A stretch of 64,000 nt of DNA from Octopus vulgaris (taxonomy: Eukaryota), in NCBI GenBank assembly GCA_951406725.2, contig OX597822.1, positions 117,118,001 through 117,182,000 on the forward strand, written 5' to 3'. The notes beneath the pieces are model-generated. The model searched no databases and was not told the origin of the DNA. It saw nothing but the letters and a program-made list of their open reading frames with translations. Position numbers and translations under genes: made by a program. Positions 1-12,424 of this stretch are shown one piece after another. The stretch's first letter is position 1; each line of letters begins with the position of its first letter.

Positions 1-238
1 GGAAAAGCAAGAGTCGCCCATGCATACCAGCCTCCCCTCTCTGTGCCAATGATGTTATCCAAGGGAATGGCCAAGGCCAATACAGCTTGGCACCATGACA
101 TCTCTACTCATTTCTACAGCTGAGCAAACTGGAACAACGTGAAATGAAGTGTCTTTGCACAGCCAGGTCCAGGAATCAAACTCACAACCACAAGATTATG
201 AGCCCAAAACTCTACCCTCTGAGCCATGTGCCTTCACT
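1..238 (-). mobile_element. tRNA-headed SINE (family E), cut by window edge
   Basis: Minus strand starts GTGAAGGCACATGGCTCAGAGG...GAGTTTGATTCC (Pol III A/B-box-like); body matches the copy at 44210-44550. Confidence 0.7.
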
Positions 239-251
239 ATATATATATATT

Positions 252-293
<42 letters not shown>

Positions 294-1059
294 GAGTCAT
301 ACCTATACAAGTGTGCCCCACTAACTTCGTTTCCTCCTAACTTTATCTTTTTAATGAAATTTTCAACAAATACCAATCAGATGGTGAAGATAACGAATTT
401 CAATATAATGACAATCAACACCACCTGAAAAGCATTTGCATAAAATTTCATTAGAAAATACAAATTTTTCAAAAAGTTCTGAAGCAACAAATTCAACACC
501 TGTGAATCATCCGAAACTCTTCTTCCCACTTCCACACGCAGAAAAAAAAACCCTTTATGACAAATTCCTCTTCAACTGCAATCTAAATCATCTGAAATAT
601 ATTTCTAGAAAATTTCCTTTAAAAATATCCTACTTTCTGAAAGTTATAAGTAAACAAATCGGTGGGGCACAATTGTGTAGGAACGCCTATATATATATGA
701 ATATGTATATGTTCAATAGAGTTGGATCTGTGTGGATGAGTCACAGAGTTATACGTCAGACAATTTGTGGTCAAATTTAAAAACCAGAGGAATCTTGTCA
801 TGCGGATAAATCAATAAGGGAGGTAACTTCTATATTTTTTAAAAGTGGTTATTTCCCTTGCTTCCAGTTTCTGAATTTAGAGTTAGCAATATTGGAATGT
901 AAGAGGTAGACTGTATGTAAGAGAATGATTAAGGTAAAATTAAGGTAAAATTAAGGTAATAATTAAGGTAAAAAAGCTATCAGATAAAATTTAAGATTAC
1001 ATAAGCACGCGTGCACACAAACATATTTGTCGTCATTATCAACGAATCCTTTGGGTTAA

Positions 1060-1350
1060 AATCATCATCATCGTCATCATAATCATCGTCAGCCTTACCA
1101 ATAGCGACCCCGACGTCCACGATGCCAGACATGTTAGCAACATTATCAACAACAACAGCATAACTGGCAATGGCGATAGCACTACCATCGCCGCCAGCAC
1201 CCCCACCACTATCGCCAGCACCAGCAACCCCGACTCCAACAACACCAGCAGCCCTGACTCTATCAACCACCACAACAACAACAACAACAACACCGGCGGC
1301 AACGACGACAATAACAACAGCACCAACAAGGACTACAGCACAGGCAACAT
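1060..1350. repeat. Degenerate (CAT/CAA/CAC)n low-complexity tract
   Basis: Trinucleotide periodicity; gives poly-T/V/L pseudo-ORFs. Confidence 0.8.
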
Positions 1351-1371
1351 GCATACTTTCCAAGTTGTTCA

Positions 1372-1538
1372 TAGGCGCAGGAGTGGCTGTGTGGTAAGTA
1401 GCTTGCTTACCAACCACATGGTTCCGGGTTCAGTCCCACTGCGTGGAAACTTGGGCAGGTGTCTTCTACTATAGTCTCGGGCCGAATAAAGCCTTGTGAG
1501 TGGATTTGGTAGACGGAAACTGAAAAAAGCCTGTCGTA

Positions 1539-1588
<50 letters not shown>

Positions 1589-2170
1589 CTTTTACCCTTT
1601 TTACCCTTTTACTTGTTTCAGTCATTTGACTGCGGCCATGCTGGACAAACACAGACACACGAACACACACACATACATATATATACATACATATATGACC
1701 GTCCAACCCATGCTAGCATGGAAAGCGGACGCTAAACGACAATGATGATGATGATGATGATATATACAACGGGCTTCTTTCAGTTTCCGTCTACCAAATC
1801 CACTCACAAGGCTTTGGTCGGCCCGAGGCTATAGTAGAAGACACTTTCCCTAGGTGCTACGCAGTGGGACTGAACCCGGAACCATGTGGTTGGTAAGCAA
1901 GCTACTTACCACACAGCCACTCCTGCGCCTATATATATATATATGTATGTGTGTGTATATGTTTGTGTGTCTGTGTTTGTCTCCCCACACATCGCTGGTG
2001 TGTTTACGTCCCCGTCACTTAGCGGTTCGGCAAAAGGAGCCCGATAGAATAAGTACTGGGCTTACAAAGAATAAGTCCCGGGGTCGATTTGCTCGACTAA
2101 AGGCCGTGCTCCAGCATGGCCGCAGTCAAATGACTGAAACAAGTAAAAGAGTAAAAGAGAAAAGAGTAAG
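1372..2170 (+). mobile_element. SINE family A with an inverted family A copy (~1590-1930) and a family B tail (~1698-1760) nested in its internal (TA)n
   Basis: Head GGCGCAGGAGTGGCTGTGTGG...GGTTCAGTCCC at 1374-1440; tail ...GACTGAAACAAGTAAAAGAG at ~2130-2170; reverse-complement tail and head lie in between. Confidence 0.85.
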
Positions 2171-2589
2171 AGTAATCCATTTGGAAGCAGTGCCCTCTAA
2201 AAGCACAGGTACACTCAGCTCAGGGGTCCCACACTGGTCTATGAGCCCTATGTGTGGTACAATTGTGCATGTAAGGGGGGGGGACCCAGTGCATTACTTT
2301 GTCTGGAGGCATTAAAATACTGTGAAGACAACCCTTGAATGGAGGAGATCCTTCTTCTCAAAATGCTGCTATTTGGTCTATTTAGTGAGAAAAGGGTCTT
2401 TAAGAAAGCCTTTTATTCAGGATAAAAAAAAAATCTTAACAGCGCCTTTAAACAACCGGCCATGACCAGCACCTTGTACAGAGAAAGCTAAAATAGCCAA
2501 AAGGCATTTCTAGTGAAATGGTCCCAGGTGGGATTGCCCTAATCTGTTGTTTGGTTTACTCTCCACCCCACCACCAACCTAACCTTTGG

Positions 2590-2755
2590 ATGTTTTCCAT
2601 GTTGGCATGGGTTGGATCGTTTGACTGAAGGTGGCCAGCCAGAGAGCTGCCCAGGCTCCAGGTGTCTGTTTGGGTATGGTTTCTATGGCTGGATGCCCTT
2701 CCTAATGCCAACCACTTTATAGAGTGAGCTGGGTGCTTTTAATGTGGTGCCAACA
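2590..2755 (-). mobile_element. Diverged family B retroposon 3' fragment
   Basis: TTTTCCATGTTGGCATGGGTTGGA...GGATGCCCTTCCTAATGCCAACC...GGTGCTTTT matches the family B tail. Confidence 0.7.
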
Positions 2756-2762
2756 ATACAGC

Positions 2763-2799
<37 letters not shown>

Positions 2800-3195
2800 G
2801 CAAAATAGCTAGTTGCAAAATCTTAAGAAAAGATCAGAGTAGTAACGATACTAACAACTAAAGTAAATTGTCACATCAACGTGGCTGTTCCATATTACTA
2901 CGAGTTTAACCCCAGGCAGATCTTCTTCCAGATGGTTATGAGTGCAGCACTGCACCCTTTATATACAGCATATATTACTAGCAGGGGGAACGAACCCCTA
3001 CCATCCTCTAGCAGACATCAGGATTGCAAGATTGACTCAGTTTCAAGCCGGTTGGTTCATCTTCAGTCACGAGTACCTGGTCATCAGAGTGAAAGCCAGG
3101 GTTCACACCAGCCAGCAATATATTGTAAACAAAGTGACCATTGGCCACAGATTTGCAACAAGCAAAAACAGCCAGTCGTAAAATCTCAAGAAGAG

Positions 3196-4114
3196 ATCAG
3201 TAACTAGACTAACAAGTAAAGTCAATCGCTGCATCAAAGTGGATGTCCCATGTTACTACTAGTTTAACCCTAGGCAGATCTTCCACCAGCTGGTTATGGT
3301 GTGGTGTTGCACCCTTTATATACAATATAACTATACTAACAAGTAAAGTCAATATATAGTGGAGGCATGTGGGTTAGTGGTTAGTGTGTTGCACTCATGA
3401 TTGTTTGGTTGTGGTTTCAATCCCTAGCCCAAGTGATGCATTGTGTTCTTGAGCAAAACATTTCATTTCACATTGCTCAGCTGGCAAAAATGAGCAATCC
3501 TGCAATGGGTTGGTGTCCCCTGGAAAACCAGCCATATGAGCCTATGACTTGGAAGAGACCTTGCATCCATTTTTCTGATATGTATGTGTGTATGTATGTG
3601 GTGAAGGCACATGGCTTAGTGGTTAAGGTATTCAGTTTACAAATGGAAAACAGGACAAGTAACATAAAGAATGACCCTTCATCAGTTGTCAGCAGCCTAT
3701 CTACTCCTCATTTCGAGCATTGAATGACACAATATGAGTCTTTGAAGGCAGTTGCTCCCTCAAATACCAAAATAAAATTTGGGATTTTTGGAGGAACAAA
3801 AACAGAACCGTGGAGATATACAAGGAAACTGAACTAAAATAAACATGGAGGGTCATTAGACCAGAATGCGGGTAAAATAGCGAACACTGGAGAAATATTT
3901 TCTTTGACAACAGAAAAGACAGAAGAGAACAATAGATAGATAGGATATGTCCGGCCTCTAGAACATCCCTGAAAGAAAAGAAAGATGGACGATGGTCATG
4001 TGTAAGCAATGAGAGAGGGTAAAGGAGAAAGAGGGAGAGAGAGAAAGGCAGATAGAGAACGGTGAAGAGGAGAAAAAAGGAATTAGAGAAAGGATGACAG
4101 AGAAAAGGGGGAGG
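3196..4114 (+). repeat. Copy 1 of a 919-bp direct duplication (SINE heads plus Penelope-like fragment)
   Basis: Nearly identical to 8215-9133 (offset 5019); ORF 3397..3723 is identical to 8416..8742. Confidence 0.95.
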
Positions 4115-4824
4115 ATTTCGGAATGGTCATTTTGCCAGTTTAGCCAATAAAAACACACGCACTATATATTTGGTGTTACTTTGCTTCAGTGTTATTTATT
4201 TTTTACATTAATCTTAATCTTATTTCGGCCAGAGTTCTTTCGTCACACTCCTGTGACCACATCAGTGGTCCTTTGCTTTCTTCTTTCTTATTTGTGTCTC
4301 TCCTTACTAACTGTCAGCCATTTTGTGTTTCTATTGTATGTGTCTTCATTTGCGCATGTGTATATCTCTATGTGCGTCTATGTTTCAACACACAACTTCA
4401 CATAAAAAAATCTTGCTCAACAAATATATAAACGTAGCATAATCCTGTAATTGTTGATTTTGTGTTACTATACAGCTGTAAAATATAATAAAATATAAAA
4501 CCATAATCCTTATATTTATTGAACTTGTGTTATTTTCTGTGTGCAATATGAATATATGAAGTTTAAAGACATTCAAACTGAGTACTGAACATTTAACTCT
4601 GCATTGGAACTGAATTATTTAATTTTTTTCTTTTTTAAGCTGTATGTGCAATAGTCACCAATCTTGGCTTTGCTTTTTATGCTTTTGATGTCCATAAAAG
4701 AATGGCCAATTAAGAAATAAAATTGATTAAATCAATTACATACTCTATACACATTTCTGGCCCTGTACACATTTTGTGAATCGGAATTTTAATGTATACC
4801 ATATCTCGTCTTTTATCCACAACT

Positions 4825-4979
4825 CATTTTGGTCGTTGGACTGCAGCCATTCTAAGTCACAACCTAAAAGGCATTTTTTAGTTAAACACATCAACCCCAA
4901 AACTCATTTATTTTAAAATTGGGTAGTTATTCCATCAGTCTCTATGGTAGAACAGCTAAATTATGAGGGGGTATAATAA

Positions 4980-5011
<32 letters not shown>

Positions 5012-5135
5012 GGCCTCCACCCTGTTCCTGTGTACCAAACACACTCACAAGGAATTGGTCTGCTCTCGGCTATAATAGAAGACACTTGCTGAAGGTATTG
5101 TCTTGTGGGACTGAACCCTAAATATCATGGTTGTA
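4825..5135 (-). mobile_element. Decayed SINE family A
   Basis: Degenerate matches to the family A tail, body and head (GGGACTGAACCC). Confidence 0.6.
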
Positions 5136-5148
5136 AAGTTTTGTAACT

Positions 5149-5893
5149 AAAATAATTTTTTGTAACTAAACACTTTCAAACTTCGTATACTGGTAGAATG
5201 TGTCACATAAAACATCTTTTACTCTTGGCGCTGTTGAGAAAATTCTCAAATTTTAGAAGTTATTTCTTGTTAAAGTTGTCATATTTCGGTAATTTCAACC
5301 AATCAATGACGTGTATTCAGATGAATAAAATTAATGCTGTTGTTTGTTATCAACAACTTCCGGCAGTGTATATTTCATTTGTCGTTTTATTTATGAAATA
5401 TTTAATCTCAGTTACATTTGTATGAATAAACGAGTGTATCTGAAGCATGTTTACTTCATGGCACCACCATAACCGTTCATCCTTTATTTTTCATGATTTT
5501 CCGTAACTCTAACCCTAACCCTAAAACTGTAAACCTAATTCTAAAACCCTAACCCTAACCCTAACCCTAAAACCTTAACCCTAACACCTTAAAGCTAAAA
5601 CCAGTACAAATGCATGAAGAATGTCAAAAATAACAGTGACAAACACCGCCGATAGTTGTAGTTAACAAACGACAGCAGTAATTTTATTCAGCTGAATACA
5701 CGTCATTGATTGGTTGAAATTACCAAAATACGACAACTTTAACAAGAAATAACTTCCAAGATACAGGATTTTCTCAACAACGCCAAGATTAAAAGATGTT
5801 TTATGTGACACATTCTACCAGTATACGAAGTTTGAAAGTGTTTAGTAACAAAAAATTATTTTTTAAATCTGTCAGTCAAAAGGTAAAGATCCC
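5149..5893. mobile_element. Fold-back/MITE-like element with ~230-bp inverted arms and a central telomere-like tract
   Basis: CTAAACACTTTCAAACTTCGTATACTGGTAGAATGTGTCACATAAAACATC (left) is the reverse complement of 5796-5845; a partial second copy lies at 6998-7190. Confidence 0.85.
5505..5602 (+). repeat. Degenerate interstitial (CCCTAA)n telomere-like repeat
   Basis: AACCCTAACCCTAACCCTAACCCTAAAACCTTAACCCTAA. Confidence 0.8.
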
Positions 5894-6997
5894 CCTTCAC
5901 TTTCTGGAAAAATGTCTAGATAGACTATTTTCATTTAAAAGTTATTAGTGTGGTACACCCAAAAACTGAAGAATCTGAAATAAAAAAAAAACGAAAGGAC
6001 GTTACGCAAAATAATGAAAACAAAACAATAGTGTTGCTATAGTGTGCAAACCAGCTGGGAAAAGTTTTATCAAAATCGATTCACAGAAAACTATGAAATC
6101 CTAAATTTCACTCCTAAGCTATTAGTGTGGTTTTAGGTGTATAGTAGCAATGCACCCCGGCGTTGCCAAGGTGTAATGACCTACAGTCACATTGTTTCTT
6201 TCTTACGGGCAGAATTAGCACACGTGGAACATGAAGCAAACAACTCTACCTTATGAACATGCTTTTCGGTCATTTTGTGATTAACAACCCTGCAGTTTCC
6301 GTTTACGAAATTCAGTCAGATATCTGTGGTTGATCTAGGGGCTATAGTAGAAAACACTTGCCCAAGCTACCATGCAAAGCGACTGAACATGGAACCATAT
6401 GGTTGGGAAGCAAACTTCTCAATTACACAGTCATTCGTCCCACTATGTCTCCAAGTTAGAAGTTCATCAAGCAGAGATCTATAAAATAAATGCCAGATTG
6501 AAATACGTATTGAGGTGAGTATGATCAATTAAATTTTTGAAGGCGATACATCATCATGGCAACAGTCGAAAGAAAACCAAACAAAATAATGTTTAACGAC
6601 TTAATGGTTTCAAATTTAAGGTAATGGATTACTAACCACAGGATAATGAGTTCAAGACTTCGTATTGAACTTCCACTCTATACGGTAACAGTATGTGTGC
6701 ATCTCAGTCTACTTGACTTCCAACAATTAACAATTGTAATCTGAAGTGGGATGGTTGGCAGTAAGAAAGATGACCAGATTTCTTTAAAAATTATTGTGCA
6801 AAATATTCCGAGAGAAAGTATTTTTTTCCCCACAACAAAACACACATGCACACACACACACATACACACACACGTGTGTGTGTGTCTGGTAACTTGAGCT
6901 ACTACAAATATAGCAAATCTCTCTTAAAACACCCTTTCATCAAAAGAAACACACACATTTACAGTATTTCAGGGTTAAAAAAAAATTCACCTCAATA

Positions 6998-7190
6998 GAC
7001 GTCATTGATTGGTTGAAATTGCCGAAATGCAAGAAATTAAACAACAAATAGCTTACAAACTACAGAATTCTCTCAAGAAAGCCAAGAGAAAAAGATGTTT
7101 TATAAACACATTCTACCGGTATACGAAGTTTAAAAGTGTTTAGTTACAAAGAAATTATTTTTAAAATCTGCCGGTCAAAGCGAAAAGATA
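6998..7190. mobile_element. Partial copy of the right arm of the 5149-5893 element
   Basis: GTCATTGATTGGTTGAAATT...GTATACGAAGTTTAAAAGTGTTTAGTTACAAAGAAATTATTTT. Confidence 0.75.
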
Positions 7191-7889
7191 ACTAAACCTC
7201 TGAAAACAGTGCCCCAACATGGCAGATGTCCAATAATTAAAACAAGTAATTGAATAACAGACTATACGTTACAATGTATGCAGGATAGACCCCTTGCATT
7301 GAGGAAACCCCCTCCAGGATTTGATCACAGAATCTACAATGACAAACATGGCACACAAGAGATATACGATTAGCTATCAACACCAACACCAAATCTTTGG
7401 CTTATTCACAGCTTGGTTTAACTATGATAATATTATTTACACAAGGATACATATTGCATCCGTTTACACCAAATGAAACTATTTCGTTTCGTAATTAGTT
7501 TTTACATTCCTCATTTTTTGTTGTTTTTCCAATCGAAATATGTTTATTGTAGTATATCACTATATATATAAAGAGGAATATATATATATATATATACATA
7601 TTATTATTATTTTTGTGTCTCTCTGTTTGCCTCAAAGCCGTAGGGCGCCTGTGTCATTCATGTTTTCAATCGTTACTGTCCCCAAAAAAGATTTTTTGTT
7701 TCCTGTTCGTCTCTGTTGCGTTTCATTCTTTCCTTATGTGGCTGGCTGATTCAGAGCGGATCTCAGAATTAAACAGCCGAAATCTGCGATGAGGGATCAG
7801 TTTCTGACTGAAGAATGAAGGCTTGAATGACTTGTTTGTCTTTTTGTTCGTCTCTTCGTGTATTTCACGTTATTTATTTATATAAAGGT

Positions 7890-7944
<55 letters not shown>

Positions 7945-8214
7945 CATAAAACCACATTAAAATACAAATCCAAACCGAACGCAAACAGGATCGAAGAGGA
8001 GAAAAAAGGAAATAAAAAGTAAGAAATATATCAATTGAACACCAAGAGGTCCCAAGTGGTTGTAGAAAGAGGTTTTCGTAATTGTCAATATAAATGTATT
8101 GATGGGCGTTGCTGGCCTCTCCCACGCCTCTTCTCTCTTTCTCTTTCTCTCTCTTCGTCCTCCCCTTCTCTGTCTAATTTGTTGTTGGTGGGGCACTATT
8201 ATATAATCTGGTTC

Positions 8215-9133
8215 ATCAGTAACTAGACTAACAAGTAAAGTCAATCGCTGCATCAAAGTGGCTGTCCCATGTTACTACTAGTTTAACCCTAGGCAGATCT
8301 TCCACCAGCTGGTTATGGTGTGGTGTTGCACCCTTTATATACAATATAACTATACTAACAAGTAAAGTCAATATATAGTGGAGGCATGTGGGTTAGTGGT
8401 TAGTGTGTTGCACTCATGATTGTTTGGTTGTGGTTTCAATCCCTAGCCCAAGTGATGCATTGTGTTCTTGAGCAAAACATTTCATTTCACATTGCTCAGC
8501 TGGCAAAAATGAGCAATCCTGCAATGGGTTGGTGTCCCCTGGAAAACCAGCCATATGAGCCTATGACTTGGAAGAGACCTTGCATCCATTTTTCTGATAT
8601 GTATGTGTGTATGTATGTGGTGAAGGCACATGGCTTAGTGGTTAAGGTATTCAGTTTACAAATGGAAAACAGGACAAGTAACATAAAGAATGACCCTTCA
8701 TCAGTTGTCAGCAGCCTATCTACTCCTCATTTCGAGCATTGAATGACACAATATGAGTCTTTGAAGACAGTTGCTCCCTCAAATACCAAAATAAAATTTG
8801 GGATTTTTGGAGGAACAAAAACAGAACCGTGGAGATATACAAGGAAACTGAACTAAAATAAACATGGAGGGTCATTAGACCAGAATGCAAGTAAAATAGC
8901 GAACACTGGAGAAATATTTTCTTTGACAACAGAAAAGACAGAAGAGAACAATAGATAGATAGGATATGTCCGGCCTCTAGAACATCCCTGAAAGAAAAGA
9001 AAGATGGACGATGGTCATGTGTAAGCAATGAGAGAGGGTAAAGGAGAAAGAGGGAGAGAGAGAAAGGCAGATAGAGAACGGTGAAGAGGAGAAAAAAGGA
9101 ATTAGAGAAAGGATGACAGAGAAAAGGGGGAGG
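8215..9133 (+). repeat. Copy 2 of the 919-bp direct duplication
   Basis: Matches 3196-4114 with a few substitutions. Confidence 0.95.
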
Positions 9134-9220
9134 GAACAATATAGGGTAGAGTCACATCAAAAAGATTAAGATAAACTTACCTGGAAATGGATGCATGGCA
9201 TTCAATCAAATAATAATATA

Positions 9221-9264
<44 letters not shown>

Positions 9265-9368
9265 ATATTAGGGAGTAAATCCAAACTTACAGGGCAAAAT
9301 TAGATTTATTGTATTGGCTTATGATTTTCACTGTTTGATTTGCCTAATAGTGGTTTTATCTCTAATTT

Positions 9369-9725
<357 letters not shown>

Positions 9726-9726
9726 T

Positions 9727-10418
9727 ACTTCAGTACATGAGAAGACCAGGCAGGACAAGTGAGCCCAGCCCACTTATGAATGCCTTTCCTCCCTTGGACA
9801 CAAAGACCTGTTGAGGCAAGCGAAGTCGATATAGAACCTCATCCGACGACAGACACCCATGCCAACCCCCCTGCTTGCGAAGACATGTTGGGGCAAGCGA
9901 AATCGAAACCGAATTGAACCAGCCAGGATCCCTGGTCTGGTGGTACGTAAAAAGCACTATCCGACTCGTGGCCGTGGCACGTAAAATACTCCAATGCGAC
10001 CGTACGACAGGCACCCATGCCAACCCCCTTTGCTTGTGAAGACATGTTGGGGCAAGCGAATCGAAATCGAATTGAACCAGCCAGGATCCCTGGTCTGGTG
10101 GTACGTAAAAAGCACTATCCGACTCGTGGCCGATGCCAGCACCGCCTCGACTGGCTTCCGTGCCGGTGGCACGTAAAATACACCAATCCGACCGTGGCCG
10201 TTGCCAGCCTCGCCTGGCACCTGTGCAGGTGGTACGTAAAAAGCACCCACTACACTCGCGGAGTGGTTGGCGTTAGGAAGGGCATCCAGCTGTAGAAACA
10301 TTGCCAGATTAGACTGGAGCCTGGTGCAGCCTTCTGGCTTCCCAGAACCCCGGTCGAACCGTCCAACCCATGCTAGCATGGAGAACGGACGTTAAACGAT
10401 GATGATGATGATGATGAT
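9727..10418 (+). mobile_element. Family B non-autonomous retroposon with internal ~66-bp sub-repeats, a ~160-bp internal duplication and a (GAT)n tail
   Basis: Ends GGCGTTAGGAAGGGCATCCAGCTG...GGACGTTAAACGATGATGATG; CGTAAAAAGCAC sub-repeats recur; CpG-rich, so probably a young copy. Confidence 0.85.
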
Positions 10419-10861
10419 ATATATATATATATATACGTATATACGTAATATATATAAATAAATATAAGAGAGTAACCACTATGTGGTCGACTCTAGCACT
10501 AAAAATAGATCCGCTAGGTTTCAACCACAAAGAATTGTTTCCGATGAAAGTTAGCACAACTACTAGTGCAAACGAACAAGACAAATAAAAATAACAAAAA
10601 TGCAGATTAGTTCAGGACAATTGTTACGCTATTAATAAATTATGTAATTTTACTCACGCAACATATCTGTAGCTCTTCAGCCGAACCCGTCCAGAATACA
10701 ATTTACTCAACTGCATGCTAGATTTTACCATAACGATAAACACACGTGAGCCACTTGGTGTTAAATGGATGTACTATTAAATTAGTATCCAATTTTCTCA
10801 CCCTTATTAGTTGATTGTACATAATATATATATGTATGTATATATATATATATGCATATAT

Positions 10862-11575
10862 GGGTACTGGATGTTACAAACAATAAACAACACGAAATAC
10901 GAAAACAAATGAGTTGAATATGCAAACGACAGAAACAAATAGAAAACAGGATGAGTAACATAAAGAATGACCCTTCGTTAGTTGTCAGCTGCTTATCTAC
11001 TCCTCATTTTGAGCATTGAATGACACAATATGATTCTTCGAAGTTGCTCCCACAAATACCAAAATAAAATTTGGTATTTATGGATGGTCAAAGTTGGGAA
11101 CAAAAACAGGACAGTGGAATCATACAAGAAACCAAATGAAAACAAACATGGAGGGTTGTTAGACCAGAACGAGGGTAAAATAGTGAATGGTGGAGATATG
11201 TTTTCTTTGACTACAGAAAAGACAGAAGAGAGAGATAGATAGGATACGTCCAGCTTCTAGGAAAACCCTGAAAGACAAGAAAGATGATCGCATGAGGAAA
11301 AGAAAGATGGACGATGGTCATGTGTGTTTGTTCTCAACTTTGGCTCTCCATAAATACCAAATTTTATTTTGGTATTTGTGGGAGCAACTGCCTTTGAAGA
11401 CTCATATTGTTGTTCAATGCTCGAAATGAGGAGTAGATAGACAGCCAACAACTGATGAAGGGTCGCTCTTTATGCTTCTTGTCCTGTTTTCCATTTGGCT
11501 CAGTCGTTGTTTGCGTTTTCAACTCATTTGTTTTCGTATTTCATGTTGTTTACTGTTTGTGATGTTCTGTACCCG
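10862..11575. mobile_element. Fold-back Penelope-like fragment with ~240-bp inverted arms (10862-11108 / 11325-11575)
   Basis: CAAATACCAAAATAAAATTTGGTATTTATGGA vs TCCATAAATACCAAATTTTATTTTGGTATTTG; same family as 3640-4114. Penelope assignment is inference. Confidence 0.65.
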
Positions 11576-11642
11576 ACCGCGTGTGTACCATTGGCGATTT
11601 TTTTCCTCTGTCTTCCCTTCTCTGGGCCTTTCCTTCTCCTAT

Positions 11643-11677
11643 GTTTCCGACGAAGAGCTCCGCTCGAAACGTTAAAC
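11643..11677 (+). ncRNA. Minimal type I hammerhead ribozyme motif (U4C variant) in a Penelope-like terminal repeat (11576-11790)
   Basis: GUUU-CCGACGA-A-GAGC(UCC)GCUC-GAAAC-GUU|AAAC: 4-bp stem I, 4-bp stem II, palindromic AACGUU stem III. Confidence 0.65.
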
Positions 11678-11829
11678 CCTCCTTCTTTCCTTCTTTCCTG
11701 AGCGTCCAATAATACTATATTTGTTCCACGTCCTCGGGTTGTTGTGTTTTTTTTGTGTTTTACATGTGCTCTCTTGTTTGGATTAACTTTCTCTCTCTCT
11801 ATATATATATATATATATAATGCATATAT

Positions 11830-12240
11830 ACTCTTTTACTCTTTTACAGGTTTCAGTCATTTGACTGTGGCCATACTGGAGGACCACCTTTAGTTGAGCA
11901 AATTGACCCCAGGACTTATTCTTTGTTAGCCTAGTACTTATTCTATCAGTCTCTTTTGCCGAACCTCTAAGTTATGGGGATGCAAACACACCACCATCGT
12001 TTGTCAAGTGATGTTGGGGGGGGACAAACACAGACTCATAAACATATACAAACACATACTTATATATATACATATATACGACGGGCTTCTTTCAGTTTCC
12101 GTCTACCAAATCTACTCATAAGGCTTTGGTCAACCTGAGACTATGGAAGAAGACACTTGCCCAAGGTGCCACGCAATGGGAATGAACCCAGAACCATGTG
12201 GTTGGTAAGCAAGCTACTTACCACACAGCCACTCCTGCAC
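11830..12240 (-). mobile_element. Full-length SINE family A
   Basis: Reverse complement of head, body and (GTAAAAGA)n tail. Confidence 0.9.
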
Positions 12241-12290
12241 TTGGTGTGGGGCGCAGGAGTGAATGCCATGTATCCATTTCCAAGTAAGTT

Positions 12291-12359
<69 letters not shown>

Positions 12360-12424
12360 TGTAATATGTTTGTATGTATGTATTATATGTATGTATGTAT
12401 TTATATACATACATATATACACAT

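Noticed and set aside
5505-5602. Chromosome fusion site or true telomere
   Set aside because: Short, degenerate, single orientation and enclosed in a transposon-like fold-back
3196-9133. LTR retrotransposon bounded by 919-bp LTRs
   Set aside because: No TG...CA ends, PBS, PPT or gag/pol; the repeats are mosaics of other TE fragments
9172-9205. CAG|GTAAGT splice donor on the minus strand
   Set aside because: A near-identical sequence recurs at ~12260-12293 as part of a repeat family, and no upstream exon is evident
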